Below are positions 1-9,889 of a stretch of DNA of 64,000 bases, piece after piece (within the stretch, counting starts at the first letter, position 1; the number at the start of each line of letters is the position of its first letter). Where the stretch lies: NCBI GenBank assembly GCA_036507005.1, contig DASXQT010000010.1, forward strand, positions 285 through 64,284. The letters are read 5' to 3'. A program made the translations under genes and the position numbers. This DNA is from Candidatus Eiseniibacteriota bacterium (GTDB lineage: Bacteria > Eisenbacteria > RBG-16-71-46). The notes under the pieces were generated by a model. It worked only from the letters and a program-made list of their open reading frames with translations. It ran no database searches and had not been told where the DNA came from.

Positions 1-163
1 AGCCCTCCGCCAGGTAAAGCCTGCGCTCGTCGATCTCGGCGATGCGGGTGAGGATCACGGCGAACGACTTGCGATCGTGCGCGACGCGCTGGCCGAAGTC
101 GAGCAGCAGGGCCTGGTTGCTGAAATGGGAAGTCGCGAAGGGATTGGCTGTACAGGCATTCAT
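1..163 (-). CDS. DUF222-like protein, N-terminal part (HNH endonuclease 13E12-family N-domain); partial, continues beyond the window
   Basis: ATG at 163..161 on the minus strand gives MNACTANPFATSHFSNQALLLDFGQRVAHDRKSFAVILTRIAEIDERRLYLAEG. The I-A-E-I-D-E-R-R-L-Y-L-A-E-G segment resembles the DUF222 L-x-E-L-D-R-R-R-x-W-x-x-x-G signature. The ORF runs off the window edge. Confidence 0.4.
   Translation of the reverse strand, partial: MNACTANPFATSHFSNQALLLDFGQRVAHDRKSFAVILTRIAEIDERRLYLAEG
68..115. repeat. ~48-nt repeat; inverted copy at 28008..28055 (2 mismatches)
   Basis: CTTGCGATCGTGCGCGACGCGCTG-gc-CGAAGTCGAGCAGCAGGGCCTG here matches the reverse complement of 28008..28055. This copy lies in the 5' coding end of the DUF222-like gene. 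Confidence 0.7.
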
Positions 164-494
164 GGCCCGAAACTCCAGCGGGGGCTGGGTGTGATCTCGG
201 GGCCGCGGGGCACACACGTTGTATCACGGCATATTTCGGCGCACGCAGAGCCGCGGGGAACGCATATCAGGCAGCGCCACGAGCTTTTTCCTGCCGCGCA
301 GAGAAACACGCTGCGTGCGGGCATCCTGCGCGCGCTGGTGCGCGATGGCGACAACGGCGGCGCGCGTGGGATCCGGCGCGCGCGCAGGCCGTCAACACAA
401 GTCTTCGTCAACTCGACGGCGCTACGCGTGCCGAGCCCGAGACCATCCATCCCCCGATCCAGAAGCGTCCGAAGCTGCCCGGGGATCGCGAGCG

Positions 495-2675
495 TCAGGG
501 CTGCAGGGTCCTCACTCGCCTCAGGCGCGAGCGGAAGTACTCGAGCGCGGGCGCGACGTGGCTGGCCTCGAGGCCGTCGCGGGCGTTCGCATGCGCGCCC
601 GCGACCTGCACGAGATCGCGGATCGCGCGCAGCTCCCGTGCGATCGAGTCGGCCTCGGCCAGCGCTCCGGCCGCGTCGACCACCGCCGCGCCGCGATCCG
701 CAAGCGCGAGCCGCAGCAGCCGGTCGTAGAGCCCGAACGTCAGCTCGCCGTACCGGAAGCGCGCGGCGTCGTCCGCCATGCGCGCGGCCTCGCCCGGGTC
801 GCGGGCTGCGGCCTGGGCCCGATCGAGCGCCGCCCGCGCGCCCTTCATCGCCGCCACGATCTCGAGCCATGCGGGCGCCGCGTTCGCATCCCGGCCGCGG
901 GGCTCGTACGGCAGATGCTCGGTCACGAACAGCCGCATCTTCCGAGCGGCGAGGCGGCCAGGGGGGAAGCCCGCCACGCCGAACACTCCTCCCACCGTCA
1001 GCTCCACGGCGAAGATGTTCGCGCTCGCGGCCTCGAGCGCGCGATAGAAGTCGGCCATCTCGCGCGTCGCGTGGGGGAACGCGCGCCCGCAGTAGTCCTC
1101 GAGGAGCGAGTCGACGTCCACGCCCGGCGACCACAGGGATTCGGACAGCACGAGGTGGTCGAGCCGCCAGCTCCCCCAGCGCGACGTCGGCGGGTGCATG
1201 TAGCAGAAGAACCGCGCGCCCGCCGCACGGTAGTCCGCGATGTCCCGCGCCATCACGTGCGGGAACACCAGGGGCAGCGACTTGAACCAGCTCACGTTGT
1301 AGTACTCGCACACGCCGACCGGGCCGGCGTAATGCCGGCCCGGCGCCCGGGACCAGCCCTCCCATGCCGACTCGATGCGCCGGTTCAGCTCGGCGCAGCC
1401 CGGATCCGCGAGCGCGTGCGCGTAGCAGCGGTAGTACGGGTAGAACGTGATCATCAGATCGTCCGCGTTCACCGGGACCGGGCGCGTCGGCGGCTCAATC
1501 GTCTCCATGTAGGCGGCGGCCGACAGCACGACCTCGCGGCTCAACTCGCCGCGGCGCCGCGCCTCCGCGACCGCCGCGGCCAGCCGCCGGGCCAGGTCGA
1601 GCGCCCGGTCCGAGGGCGTGCCGAGGGCGCGGCACGCCTCGCACTCGCACCATCGCCCGCCGTCGATGGTCCACAGGTTGACGAGATCGGCGTTGCGCAG
1701 CGCTCCGCCCTCCAGGCTCGCCACCAGGTGACGGGCGAGTGTCGCGACCGCCTCCGCGTTCGACGTGCAGAAGTTGTCGCCGTGCTCCGCGGTCAGGTGG
1801 GGGCTGCGGCGGCCGCCGTGCAGGCCGTACCACTCGGGGTGCGCGTCGAAGTTGGTGCGCCGGCCGCCGTCGCTCGCGGCGCGCGGGCTCAGGTAGTCCG
1901 CCTGGAGCGAGTGTCCGCCGGCGGTGAGACGGATCCCCAGCTTGCGGAGCAGCGGGACGCCGGGCTCCGCCGCCGTCCACAGATTCATCCGCCGCCGCGC
2001 CATCCAGCGGAAGAACGCGGGGCTCCCGCGCGGCTCCCAGGCCCAGAAGCCGCGGTACTCGAACGCCGGAGCGGAGGCGATGTCGAGCTTCGCGGGCAGC
2101 TCGACCGGGTCGCGCGGCAGCACCGTCTCCGAGTCGGCCGGGCCGTAGAAGCGCACGCCCAGGCGCTCGAGCAGCGCGTAGGCGCCGTAGAGCGTGCCCG
2201 TCCGGCTCGCGCCCGACACCACCCACACGGTGCGGCCGCCGCGGCGCACGGCGCGAATCCGGAACGCGTCGCGGGAGGTCGTGTCGGCCACCGCATCTCG
2301 CAGCAGCTCGCGCGCGAGCGAGCTTCGGTTCCCGAGCACGATCGCGTCGCCCGCGGTGGGAAGGCGCCCGTCCCCGGCCAGAGTGATCGGGCGCGCTCCC
2401 ACGCCGGGGCAGTGCCGCAGCCCGCTCGCCAGCTCGAGCGCGGCGTAGGACTCGGTGCAGGCGTCGTCGTCGGCGGGGTCGGCGTCGGTCCAGATCACGG
2501 AGGACTCGGCGGCCGCAGCCGCCTCGACGCTCGCGAACGGAGCGCAGCGCGCCACGATGGTGAGCGGGGCGGGGGACCGGGGCGCGCAGCCGGCGGCGAG
2601 CCCGAGGGCGCACGCGAGCCCCGCCCATGCGACGGCCGCGAGCGCCGGGCGAGGTGGTCGGGACGAGGCTCTCAT
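495..2675 (-). CDS. DUF4838-domain lipoprotein (putative glycoside-hydrolase-like)
   Basis: Start moved to the internal ATG at 2675 (MRASSRPPRPALAAVAWAGLACALGLAAGC), which gives a lipobox LAAGC. The body matches the DUF4838 pattern (FYGPAD..AFEYRGFW..DYLSP..YMHPP). The six-frame ORF extends upstream to 2903. Confidence 0.75.
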   Translation of the reverse strand: MRASSRPPRPALAAVAWAGLACALGLAAGCAPRSPAPLTIVARCAPFASVEAAAAAESSVIWTDADPADDDACTESYAALELASGLRHCPGVGARPITLAGDGRLPTAGDAIVLGNRSSLARELLRDAVADTTSRDAFRIRAVRRGGRTVWVVSGASRTGTLYGAYALLERLGVRFYGPADSETVLPRDPVELPAKLDIASAPAFEYRGFWAWEPRGSPAFFRWMARRRMNLWTAAEPGVPLLRKLGIRLTAGGHSLQADYLSPRAASDGGRRTNFDAHPEWYGLHGGRRSPHLTAEHGDNFCTSNAEAVATLARHLVASLEGGALRNADLVNLWTIDGGRWCECEACRALGTPSDRALDLARRLAAAVAEARRRGELSREVVLSAAAYMETIEPPTRPVPVNADDLMITFYPYYRCYAHALADPGCAELNRRIESAWEGWSRAPGRHYAGPVGVCEYYNVSWFKSLPLVFPHVMARDIADYRAAGARFFCYMHPPTSRWGSWRLDHLVLSESLWSPGVDVDSLLEDYCGRAFPHATREMADFYRALEAASANIFAVELTVGGVFGVAGFPPGRLAARKMRLFVTEHLPYEPRGRDANAAPAWLEIVAAMKGARAALDRAQAAARDPGEAARMADDAARFRYGELTFGLYDRLLRLALADRGAAVVDAAGALAEADSIARELRAIRDLVQVAGAHANARDGLEASHVAPALEYFRSRLRRVRTLQP

Positions 2676-2851
2676 GCGGGCCGGCGAGACTACCCCGGCG
2701 CCGGGGTGGGCTCCAGCCCGCCGCGCCCGCGGGCCGGGCGAATCGCAGGGGTGCCGCGCCAGCCGCACCAGCGCCCGTTCCGCGAGAGCAGGCCTTTGGA
2801 GTATCCTGACGGTGCCCCTGCACCCATGAGAGCGCGCACACGGGAGATCGC

Positions 2852-3361
2852 ATGTTGTACTTCGCGTACGGATCGAACCTGGATCCCGAGCAGATGGAGT
2901 CACGCTGCCCGGGAGCGACGGTCGTCGGCCTCGCGGCGCTCCACGATCACCGCCTCTCCTTCCCGCGCAACTCCGACCGCTGGGGCGGCGGCGTCTCCAG
3001 CCTCCAGCTCGCGCACGGCCACACGGTGTGGGGGATGCTCTTCGACCTGACCGAGGAGCAGATCGCGGCGCTCGACCGCTACGAAGGCTTCGTCGGTCCC
3101 GGGAACCAGCACAACGTCTACGATCGCGAGCAGGTCACGGTCGAGCTGACGCGGCCCGACGACGGCTCGTTCCCGCGCCGGGTGCGCGCCTGGGCCTACC
3201 TCGCGCGCCCATCGAATCCTTCGCCGCCCTCGCGGCGCTACATGGAGACCGTGCTGCGCGGCGCGCGCCACCATCGGCTGCCCGAGGAGTACGTCGCGAA
3301 GCTGGCCGGGGTGACGACGGCGCCCGAGCCGACGGAGCCCGCGGGCGGCGCGACCCGGTGA
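2852..3361 (+). CDS. gamma-glutamylcyclotransferase family protein (AIG2/GGACT-like)
   Basis: MLYFAYGSNLDPEQMESRCPG...YEG is the canonical YGSNL and E-x-x-E-G pattern of the GGCT fold. The stop TGA at 3359-3361 overlaps the argJ GTG start. Confidence 0.8.
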   Translation: MLYFAYGSNLDPEQMESRCPGATVVGLAALHDHRLSFPRNSDRWGGGVSSLQLAHGHTVWGMLFDLTEEQIAALDRYEGFVGPGNQHNVYDREQVTVELTRPDDGSFPRRVRAWAYLARPSNPSPPSRRYMETVLRGARHHRLPEEYVAKLAGVTTAPEPTEPAGGATR

Positions 3362-4551
3362 CGGGCGCGATCACGGCGCCCCGCGGATTCCGGGCCGCGG
3401 GCGTCGCGTGCGGCATCAAGCCCGGCCGGCCCGATCTCGCGCTCGTCGCCGCCGAGCGCGCCTGCGCGGCCGCCGCAGTCTTCACCACCAACCTCGCGCC
3501 CGCTGCGCCGGTCGTGCTGTCGCGACGACATCTCGCTGCCGGCCGGGCGCGCGCGATCGTGGCGAACGCGGGCTGCGCCAACGCCGCTACCGGCGCGCGC
3601 GGGCTCGCCGACGCGGAGCGCATGGCGGCCCTGGTGGGCGAGGGGCTCGGATGCCCGCCCGCCGAGGTGGTGGTGGCCTCGACCGGCGTGATCGGCGTGA
3701 TGCTCCCGATGGACCGCGTCAGCGCCGGCATCGGGGCGGCGCTCGGGGCGCTCTCGAAGGACGCGGGCGGCGAGGCCGCGCGCGCCATCCTCACCACCGA
3801 CACGCGCCCCAAGGAAGCGGCCGCCGAGCTCGCGCTCGGGGGGCGGCGCGCCTGCATCGGCGCCATGGCGAAGGGCGCGGGCATGATCGCGCCCCGCATG
3901 GCGACGCTGCTCGCGTTCTTCACCACCGACGCCTCGATCGAGCCCGGGCCGCTGCGCGCGGCGCTGGTCGCGGCCGTGGGGGAGAGCCTGAACCGCGTCA
4001 CCGTGGACGGCGACACCTCGACCAACGACATGGCGGTGATCCTGGCGAGCGGCGAGGCGGGGAACGATCCGATCCGCGGGCCCGGGCCGGAGTACGACGC
4101 CTTTAGCACCGCGCTCGAGGGCGTGGCGCGCGAGATCGCCGGGATGATCGTGCGCGACGGCGAGGGCGTGACCCGCGTCTCCGAGGTGCGGGTCGAGGGG
4201 GCGCGCGACGCCGAGGAGGCCGACCGCATCGCGCGCACCGTGGCCGAATCGCTGCTGGTCAAGACTGCGCTCCACGGCGGCGATCCCAACTGGGGCCGCA
4301 TCCTGGCCGCGGTCGGGCGCTCGGGCGTCGCGGTGGACGAGAGCCGCGTGGACATCTTCCTCGGCGACGTGTGGGTGGCCGAGGGCGGAAGCGCGCGTGA
4401 CTACCCCGAGGATCGCGCCCGCGCGGCGCTGGTCTCGGAGGATCCGGTCCGCATCCGCATCCGGCTCAACGCCGGCACCGCCTCGGGCTGGATGCTGACC
4501 TCGGACCTCAGCAAGGCGTACGTGGACATCAACGCCAGCTATCGGAGCTAG
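3358..4551 (+). CDS. argJ: bifunctional glutamate N-acetyltransferase / amino-acid acetyltransferase ArgJ
   Basis: GTG at 3358 (VTGAITAPRGFRAAGVACGIK). The conserved ATLLAFFTTDA autoprocessing threonine region, TVDGDTSTNDM and a C-terminal LSKAYVDINASYRS are present. The stop/start GTGA overlaps the upstream gene. Confidence 0.9.
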   Translation: MTGAITAPRGFRAAGVACGIKPGRPDLALVAAERACAAAAVFTTNLAPAAPVVLSRRHLAAGRARAIVANAGCANAATGARGLADAERMAALVGEGLGCPPAEVVVASTGVIGVMLPMDRVSAGIGAALGALSKDAGGEAARAILTTDTRPKEAAAELALGGRRACIGAMAKGAGMIAPRMATLLAFFTTDASIEPGPLRAALVAAVGESLNRVTVDGDTSTNDMAVILASGEAGNDPIRGPGPEYDAFSTALEGVAREIAGMIVRDGEGVTRVSEVRVEGARDAEEADRIARTVAESLLVKTALHGGDPNWGRILAAVGRSGVAVDESRVDIFLGDVWVAEGGSARDYPEDRARAALVSEDPVRIRIRLNAGTASGWMLTSDLSKAYVDINASYRS

Positions 4552-4575
4552 GCCGAGGCCGGGCCCCGGAGCGGC

Positions 4576-5805
4576 TCAGCGATTCTTCCCCAGTCCCTTC
4601 ACCTCGCGTGCGATCGCGGCCTCGAGCGCGCGCCACGCCGCCGCGATCTCGCGCCCGTTGGCGCGGCAGTAGGCGAGGGCGACGCGCGGGTCGCTCGCGG
4701 CGAGCCGGGTCATGCCGCGGAAGCCGGGCCCCGAGAGCCCGCGCCGCGCGGCCGCGCCGCCCACGGTGGCGAGCGCGCGCGAGACGAGGTAGGGCAGGTG
4801 GCTGGTGCGCGCCAGCGCGCGGTCGTGGTCCGCCGCCGTGACCGTGAGGGCGCGCGCGCCGAGATCGCGCACCAGGGCGCGCACCACGGCCGGCACCGCC
4901 CCACACGCGGGGAGCAGCGCGAAGGTCGAACCGGCGAAGAGGTCGGCGCGCGCGGCGGCGATGCCGCGACCCTCGCTCCCCGCGATCGGATGTCCGCCGA
5001 CGGCGCGCACGCCGCGTGCGGCCGCCTGCGCGAGCGCCGGCGCGAGCGCTCCGCGGGCGCTCCCGGTGTCGAGCAGCGCGGCGCCGCGCGGCAGGACCGC
5101 GGCCGCGCGCTCGATCACGGCCGGCAGCGTGTCCACCGGCGTGGCGAGCACCGCCAGCGCCGCGCCGCGACACGCCGCATCCAGCGAGGGCGCGATCTCG
5201 TCGACCGCGCCCGCCGCGAGCGCGTCCCGTCGCGCCGCACGCGAGCGGTCCCAGCCGATCCGGCGCCACCCGGGACGCCGCCCGAGCGCGAGGCCGATGG
5301 ACCCGCCGATCTGCCCGAGCCCGACGATCGCGACCGGCGCGTCGTTCGCCTGGGCGGCCCGAGCGCGCGCCGGCGTCGCTCCGCGCCGCGCCGCAGGGGA
5401 GCCGGCCGCGGCCAGGTCGGGGCGCAGCGCCGCGGCGCCCTCGAGGTAGACCGGCTTGAGGCGCGCGCCGCTTCGCACTCCCTGCACCGTGAGCAGGACG
5501 CGCACCACCCGCGGCAGCGCCCCGGGCACGCCCATCTCGCGGGCGCCGAGGAGCGGGACCTCGGTCCAGCCCAGGCGGCGCGCGGCGTGCGCGGGGAAGT
5601 CGGCGTCGAGGTCGGGCGTGGCGGTGAAGACCGCGCTCACGATCTGGGCGGGCTCGAGACGGTTCGCCTCGAGCAGCGCGATCAGCAGGCGCGCCGTGGC
5701 CTCGCGGATGTCCGCGGCGTTGTTCGCCGCGACCTGCACCGCCCCGCGCACCGCCGCAACGCCCGAGCCCTGGCTGCGCGCCCTCGCCTTCGCCTCGCGC
5801 TTCAT
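4576..5805 (-). CDS. bifunctional chorismate mutase (AroH-type) / prephenate dehydrogenase (TyrA)
   Basis: The N-terminal ~115 aa resemble AroH chorismate mutase (ADIREATARLLIALLEANRL...VFTATPDLDADFPAHAARRLGW). The remainder is TyrA-like with a Rossmann VAIVGLGQIGGSIGLAL. Confidence 0.85.
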   Translation of the reverse strand: MKREAKARARSQGSGVAAVRGAVQVAANNAADIREATARLLIALLEANRLEPAQIVSAVFTATPDLDADFPAHAARRLGWTEVPLLGAREMGVPGALPRVVRVLLTVQGVRSGARLKPVYLEGAAALRPDLAAAGSPAARRGATPARARAAQANDAPVAIVGLGQIGGSIGLALGRRPGWRRIGWDRSRAARRDALAAGAVDEIAPSLDAACRGAALAVLATPVDTLPAVIERAAAVLPRGAALLDTGSARGALAPALAQAAARGVRAVGGHPIAGSEGRGIAAARADLFAGSTFALLPACGAVPAVVRALVRDLGARALTVTAADHDRALARTSHLPYLVSRALATVGGAAARRGLSGPGFRGMTRLAASDPRVALAYCRANGREIAAAWRALEAAIAREVKGLGKNR

Positions 5806-5874
5806 GCACCGTTCAGGCTAGCCTTGGCTCGAAACGGAGGTCAACGGCGGCATGGCCTGGACGTGGAGCGGAGG

Positions 5875-6420
5875 ATGAAGCCGGCGGTCGACGGAGAGCA
5901 CTTCGACGCGCTCATGGAGGCGCTGGACGGCGCCGCGGCCGAGTTGATCGCCGCCTTCGAGCGCGACGCCGCGCGCTGGACCAAGGGAAGGCCGGGGAAG
6001 TGGACCGCGGGCCAGCACACGGCGCACGTGGCCATCACCCTGGCCGTCACCGCGGACGCGTTCGAGGAGCGGCTACCGCAGGTCCTCGCCGGCACGCTCG
6101 GCCCGCCGCCGCGCCGCGGGCCGCTCCAGTGGCTGTGGGTCTCGTTGGTGGTGGGACGCGCGACGCTGCCGCGCGGCCTGCGCACGCCGCGCCGCTTCGA
6201 GCCCGGCCAGGGCCCCGAGCGCGCGGCGACGCTCGAGCGCGTGCGCCGCGAGCTGGAGCGCCACCGCGCCGTGGGCCGGCCGCTCACCCCGGCGCAGCGC
6301 GACCGGCTCTGGATCCGCAGTCCCTTCGTGAGCCGCTGGCACTACAGGCTCCCCGAGATTATCCGCGTCCAGGCGGTGCACGTGCGGCATCACCTCCGGC
6401 AGATCGAGGAGATCCCGTGA
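5875..6420 (+). CDS. DinB-family (DinB_2/DUF664-like) protein
   Basis: The ATG at 5875 lies in the frame of the long ORF. WTAGQHTAHVAITLAV and a C-terminal HVRHHLRQIEEI are typical of DinB-fold metal-binding four-helix-bundle proteins. Confidence 0.65.
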   Translation: MKPAVDGEHFDALMEALDGAAAELIAAFERDAARWTKGRPGKWTAGQHTAHVAITLAVTADAFEERLPQVLAGTLGPPPRRGPLQWLWVSLVVGRATLPRGLRTPRRFEPGQGPERAATLERVRRELERHRAVGRPLTPAQRDRLWIRSPFVSRWHYRLPEIIRVQAVHVRHHLRQIEEIP

Positions 6421-6433
6421 CGGACGCGCAGGC

Positions 6434-8035
6434 TCAGTCGACGGCGGCGCGCTTCCCCGCGTAGAGCTTGGCGAAGTAGTCGGTCACCATGCGATGCGAG
6501 GTGAAGCGCTCCTCCGCCATCCGCAGGCTCGCGAGCATCATCTTCTTCCAGCGCGCGCGGTCGGCCCAGGCCGGCAGGACCTCGCGCTCCAGCGTGCCGA
6601 ACAGCGCCTCGTGATCGCTCGCGTCGTCGGTGGGGCGGCCGTCGCCGATCGCCCAGCCGTTCACGCCGTGCTCGCACGCCTCGGCCCACCATCCATCGGG
6701 GATGCTGAGGTTGAGCACCGCGTTCAGCGCCGCCTTCATGCCCGAGGTGCCGCAGGCCTCGAGCGGCAGGATGGGGTTGTTGAGCCACACGTCGCAGCCG
6801 CGCGTGAGCAGCCGCCCCAGCTCCATGTCGTAGTTCTCGAGGAACACGACGCGCCCCGGGTACTCGGCGCGCGCCTGGGCGAGGCGCGTCAGGATCGCCT
6901 TCCCGTGAGGGTCGTCGGGGTGCGACTTGCCGCTCAGCACGAGCTGCACGCGGCTCTCGCGCAGCAGCTTCGCGAGGCGCGCGGGGTCGCGCAGGATGAG
7001 GTCGCCGCGCTTGTAGGGCGCGGCGCGGCGCGCGAAGCCGATCCACGGCCCCCCGGGATCGAGCCGGACGCCGGTCGAGCGCTCGACCGCGAGCGCCAGA
7101 TCGTCGCGGTGGGCCGCGTGCGCCGCCCACAGCGCGTCGGGGTCGTGGCGCGCCGCGCGGATCTCCTCCGACTGCCAGGTCGGCGGGTGCACGCCGTTCG
7201 TGATCGCGAGGATCGGCGGGGCGCCATCGACCCCGGCCCACATGGTGCGCGCGGTCCGGCCGTGCAGCTCGGACACCGCGTTCGCGGCGCGCGCGAGCCT
7301 GAGCCCCGCCGCGGTCATGCTGAAGGGGTCGCCGCCCAGCGCGCGCATCTCGGCGGCCGAGAGCTCGAGCGATGCCCCCATGCGCTGCAGGTCCTTGAGC
7401 GAGTGCTCCTCGTTCCCGGCCCGCACCGGCGTGTGGGTGGTGAACACGATGCGGACGCGCACATCCTCCCACGCCTCCTCGAACGACATGCCCGCCGCCA
7501 TGCGCTCCGCGATCATCTCGACGCCCGCGAACACCGCGTGGCCCTCGTTGAAGTGGTAGGTCCCGATCGGGGTGGGCAGCCAGTTGAGCGCGCGCAGCCC
7601 GCCGATGCCGAGCAGCATCTCCTGCGCGATGCGCACGTCGCTGCCCGATTCGTAGAGCCGGTGCGTGATCCAGCGATCCTCGGCGCGCAGCGGCTCGATC
7701 AGATAGAGCGGCACGTGGCCGAAGCGGTCGGTGACCCAGACCATGCACGGCACCTCCTTGCGGCGCACCCGCACCCGCACGCGCACCCGCGTGTCGCGCA
7801 GGAAGGAGTGGTCGTAGCCCGGGAACTCCTCGAAGAGCTGGCCGTCCTCGCCGATCCGCTGCACGCAGTAGCCGCGGTCCCAGCGCAGGCCCACCGCGAC
7901 CACCGGGAGATCGAGGTCATGCGCCGACTTGATGAAATCGCCCGCCAGGATCCCGAGGCCCCCCGAGTAGATGGGGAACGACTCGTGCAGGCCGAACTCC
8001 ATGCAGAAGAACGCGACGTGTGGGACTCGGGGCAT
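6434..8035 (-). CDS. glgP: alpha-glucan (glycogen/maltodextrin) phosphorylase, GT35 family
   Basis: MPRVPHVAFFCMEFGLHESFPIYSGGLGILAGD matches the GT35 N-terminus. EACGTSGMKAALNGV is the PLP-lysine motif region. Confidence 0.85.
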   Translation of the reverse strand: MPRVPHVAFFCMEFGLHESFPIYSGGLGILAGDFIKSAHDLDLPVVAVGLRWDRGYCVQRIGEDGQLFEEFPGYDHSFLRDTRVRVRVRVRRKEVPCMVWVTDRFGHVPLYLIEPLRAEDRWITHRLYESGSDVRIAQEMLLGIGGLRALNWLPTPIGTYHFNEGHAVFAGVEMIAERMAAGMSFEEAWEDVRVRIVFTTHTPVRAGNEEHSLKDLQRMGASLELSAAEMRALGGDPFSMTAAGLRLARAANAVSELHGRTARTMWAGVDGAPPILAITNGVHPPTWQSEEIRAARHDPDALWAAHAAHRDDLALAVERSTGVRLDPGGPWIGFARRAAPYKRGDLILRDPARLAKLLRESRVQLVLSGKSHPDDPHGKAILTRLAQARAEYPGRVVFLENYDMELGRLLTRGCDVWLNNPILPLEACGTSGMKAALNAVLNLSIPDGWWAEACEHGVNGWAIGDGRPTDDASDHEALFGTLEREVLPAWADRARWKKMMLASLRMAEERFTSHRMVTDYFAKLYAGKRAAVD

Positions 8036-8096
8036 GCGGGGGGCTCTCGTCGAGGGCCGGCGACGGATCGTAGGCGGACGGGCGGCTGCGGTCCGC

Positions 8097-9419
8097 TCAG
8101 TCCGCCTTCGCCGCCGGCTCCTCCACCACCCAGCGCACCGCGCGCGAGCACGGGCAGGTGCCGCCGACGCGCTTCAGGCGCGGCATCTTCATGATCGCGT
8201 CCTTCACCGTCATCTCGCCCGCCACCACCTTGCGCAGGGTCTCCACGTACATGCGCATGTCGCGAGTGGTGAGGTAGGCCTCGGGCAGGTGCTTCGCGAG
8301 GTGGCGGACGTACTCGTCGAGGTCGCGGAGCTCCTCGCCCTCGACGCCCACCATGGTCCAGGCCGGCTCGCCCTTGCGGCGGAAGAAGCGGCGGTCGGGC
8401 ACGTGGACCAGGTCCGCCCACGCCACGCCGTCGTGGCGGCCGCGGTCGCGCTCGAGCTCGTCCAGGACCTGCTCGACCTTCTCGGGGCCGTAGGCGGGGA
8501 AGCGCGCGCGCAGGTAGCGCGCGTTCAGGTCGCGCACCATGCGGCGGATCTCCTCGATGTAGAGATCCTGGGCCTCGCGGTTCTTCATGTCCTTGAAGCC
8601 GAACTTCACGTTGGTATCGCCGCCGCGCTCGTCGCCGAACATCTCGAGCCCGCGCGGCAGCCACTTGTTGATCGACTTCTGGATCACCTGCATCGTGACC
8701 AGGGGATCGCCCTTCGCGGCGCGCTGCGCCCAGCGCCGCAGCGGGATCACGCCCGCCGCGAGGTGGAACGCCTCCTCGCGCAGCATGGGCGGCATCGAGT
8801 CGGCCATCGGCTTGTAGGCGCACACCTTCTGCATGGTGAGCTGGTACTTGCCGACGCGGTCGATGATGGCGGCGAAGCAAATGTTGTCGATGAACGAGTC
8901 GTACTCGAGGTTGAACGCGTCGAGCACGTGCGAGCCGGTCTGCATGGAGAGAATCTCCTCGACCATCTCCTCGCCCTTCACGCCGCCCGAGACGTGGGTC
9001 CAGTCCTGCGACAGGAGCAGGTGGAACATCTGGTAGCCGTGGCGCAGCTCCTCGGCCATCACCCGCAGCACCCAGAAGCGGTCCTCGTCGTCGGCGGCGC
9101 GGTGCAGCGTGCCGGCGTGCTGCTGGATCGAGCCGAACTCGGTCGAGGCCTGCGCGCGGATGATGGCGAGCAGGTGCTTGGCCTGCTCCTCGGTCAGCTC
9201 GTCGGGCCGGAGCCGCTTCTTCTCGCCCTTGTGGTCGCCGATCTGCACCAGGCTCGCGGTGCCGAGCTCGAGCTTGGCGCACAGGCAGAACGGCTCGTCC
9301 TTGGGGAAGTAGCGGTCCCATTCGGAGAGCAGCGAGTCGTAGTCGGGCATCCAATGGCGGCGCCAGTGCTCGACCGCGTCGTGGTACTTCCTCTCCAGCG
9401 TGACCTGCCCGACCTTCAT
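8097..9419 (-). CDS. BoxB-like di-iron oxygenase (benzoyl-CoA 2,3-epoxidase component B family)
   Basis: Start at internal ATG 9419 (MKVGQV). VMAEELRHGYQMFHLL, LDAFNLEYDSFIDNICFAAIIDRVGKYQL and PMLREEAFHLAAG resemble the BoxB regions VNVEEGRHLWAMVYLL, FNEKTPDWL..DRDGKFQL and FMLTEEAHHLFVG. These are E-x-x-H di-iron ligands. Confidence 0.7.
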   Translation of the reverse strand: MKVGQVTLERKYHDAVEHWRRHWMPDYDSLLSEWDRYFPKDEPFCLCAKLELGTASLVQIGDHKGEKKRLRPDELTEEQAKHLLAIIRAQASTEFGSIQQHAGTLHRAADDEDRFWVLRVMAEELRHGYQMFHLLLSQDWTHVSGGVKGEEMVEEILSMQTGSHVLDAFNLEYDSFIDNICFAAIIDRVGKYQLTMQKVCAYKPMADSMPPMLREEAFHLAAGVIPLRRWAQRAAKGDPLVTMQVIQKSINKWLPRGLEMFGDERGGDTNVKFGFKDMKNREAQDLYIEEIRRMVRDLNARYLRARFPAYGPEKVEQVLDELERDRGRHDGVAWADLVHVPDRRFFRRKGEPAWTMVGVEGEELRDLDEYVRHLAKHLPEAYLTTRDMRMYVETLRKVVAGEMTVKDAIMKMPRLKRVGGTCPCSRAVRWVVEEPAAKAD

Positions 9420-9427
9420 CCCGCTCC

Positions 9428-9889
9428 TCAGCTTCCCGGCGCGATGCGCATCTCGAGCGCCTCGAGCGTGGAGGGCGCAAAGCCCAGCGCCTTCAGGAAC
9501 CCGGCGATCGCGGGATCGCGGCGATCCACCAGGGTCCGCACCGCGACGGCGCCCGAGGCCTGGAAGTGCCGGCAGATGGCCTCGAACATAAGCTTTCCGA
9601 AGTCCCGGCCGCGATAGTCGGGGTCGATCCCGAATCGCTCGATCCATCCGCTCGGCTCCTCGAGCCCGAACTCGCCCGCCCGCAGGTCGCCGAGCAGGAA
9701 ACCTACCACCCGGCCACCGACTTCGGCGACCTGGGAAGCGCCGGGGTCGCGGCGGAGGTAGTAGCCCACCCGCCGCTCCCAGACCTCCGGGCGGTAGACC
9801 CCGGTGATCCTCTCGTCGATCTTCACGATGCCGCCGATGTCCAGCTCGTCCAGCGGCCGGATGCGGGCAGGGGCTTCAACCTGGGGCAT
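9428..9889 (-). CDS. GNAT family N-acetyltransferase
   Basis: Start at ATG 9889 (MPQVEAP). The acetyl-CoA binding pattern VVGFLLG..RGRDFGKLMFEAICRHFQASG is present. Confidence 0.75.
   Translation of the reverse strand: MPQVEAPARIRPLDELDIGGIVKIDERITGVYRPEVWERRVGYYLRRDPGASQVAEVGGRVVGFLLGDLRAGEFGLEEPSGWIERFGIDPDYRGRDFGKLMFEAICRHFQASGAVAVRTLVDRRDPAIAGFLKALGFAPSTLEALEMRIAPGS

Noticed and set aside
219-3050. 943-aa ORF on the plus strand (and similar 401-402-aa ORFs at 77..1285 and 160..1365)
   Set aside because: It is antisense to the DUF4838 gene. The translation is Arg/Ala/Gly/Pro-rich low complexity, typical of spurious ORFs in 70% GC DNA, and has no recognisable domain.
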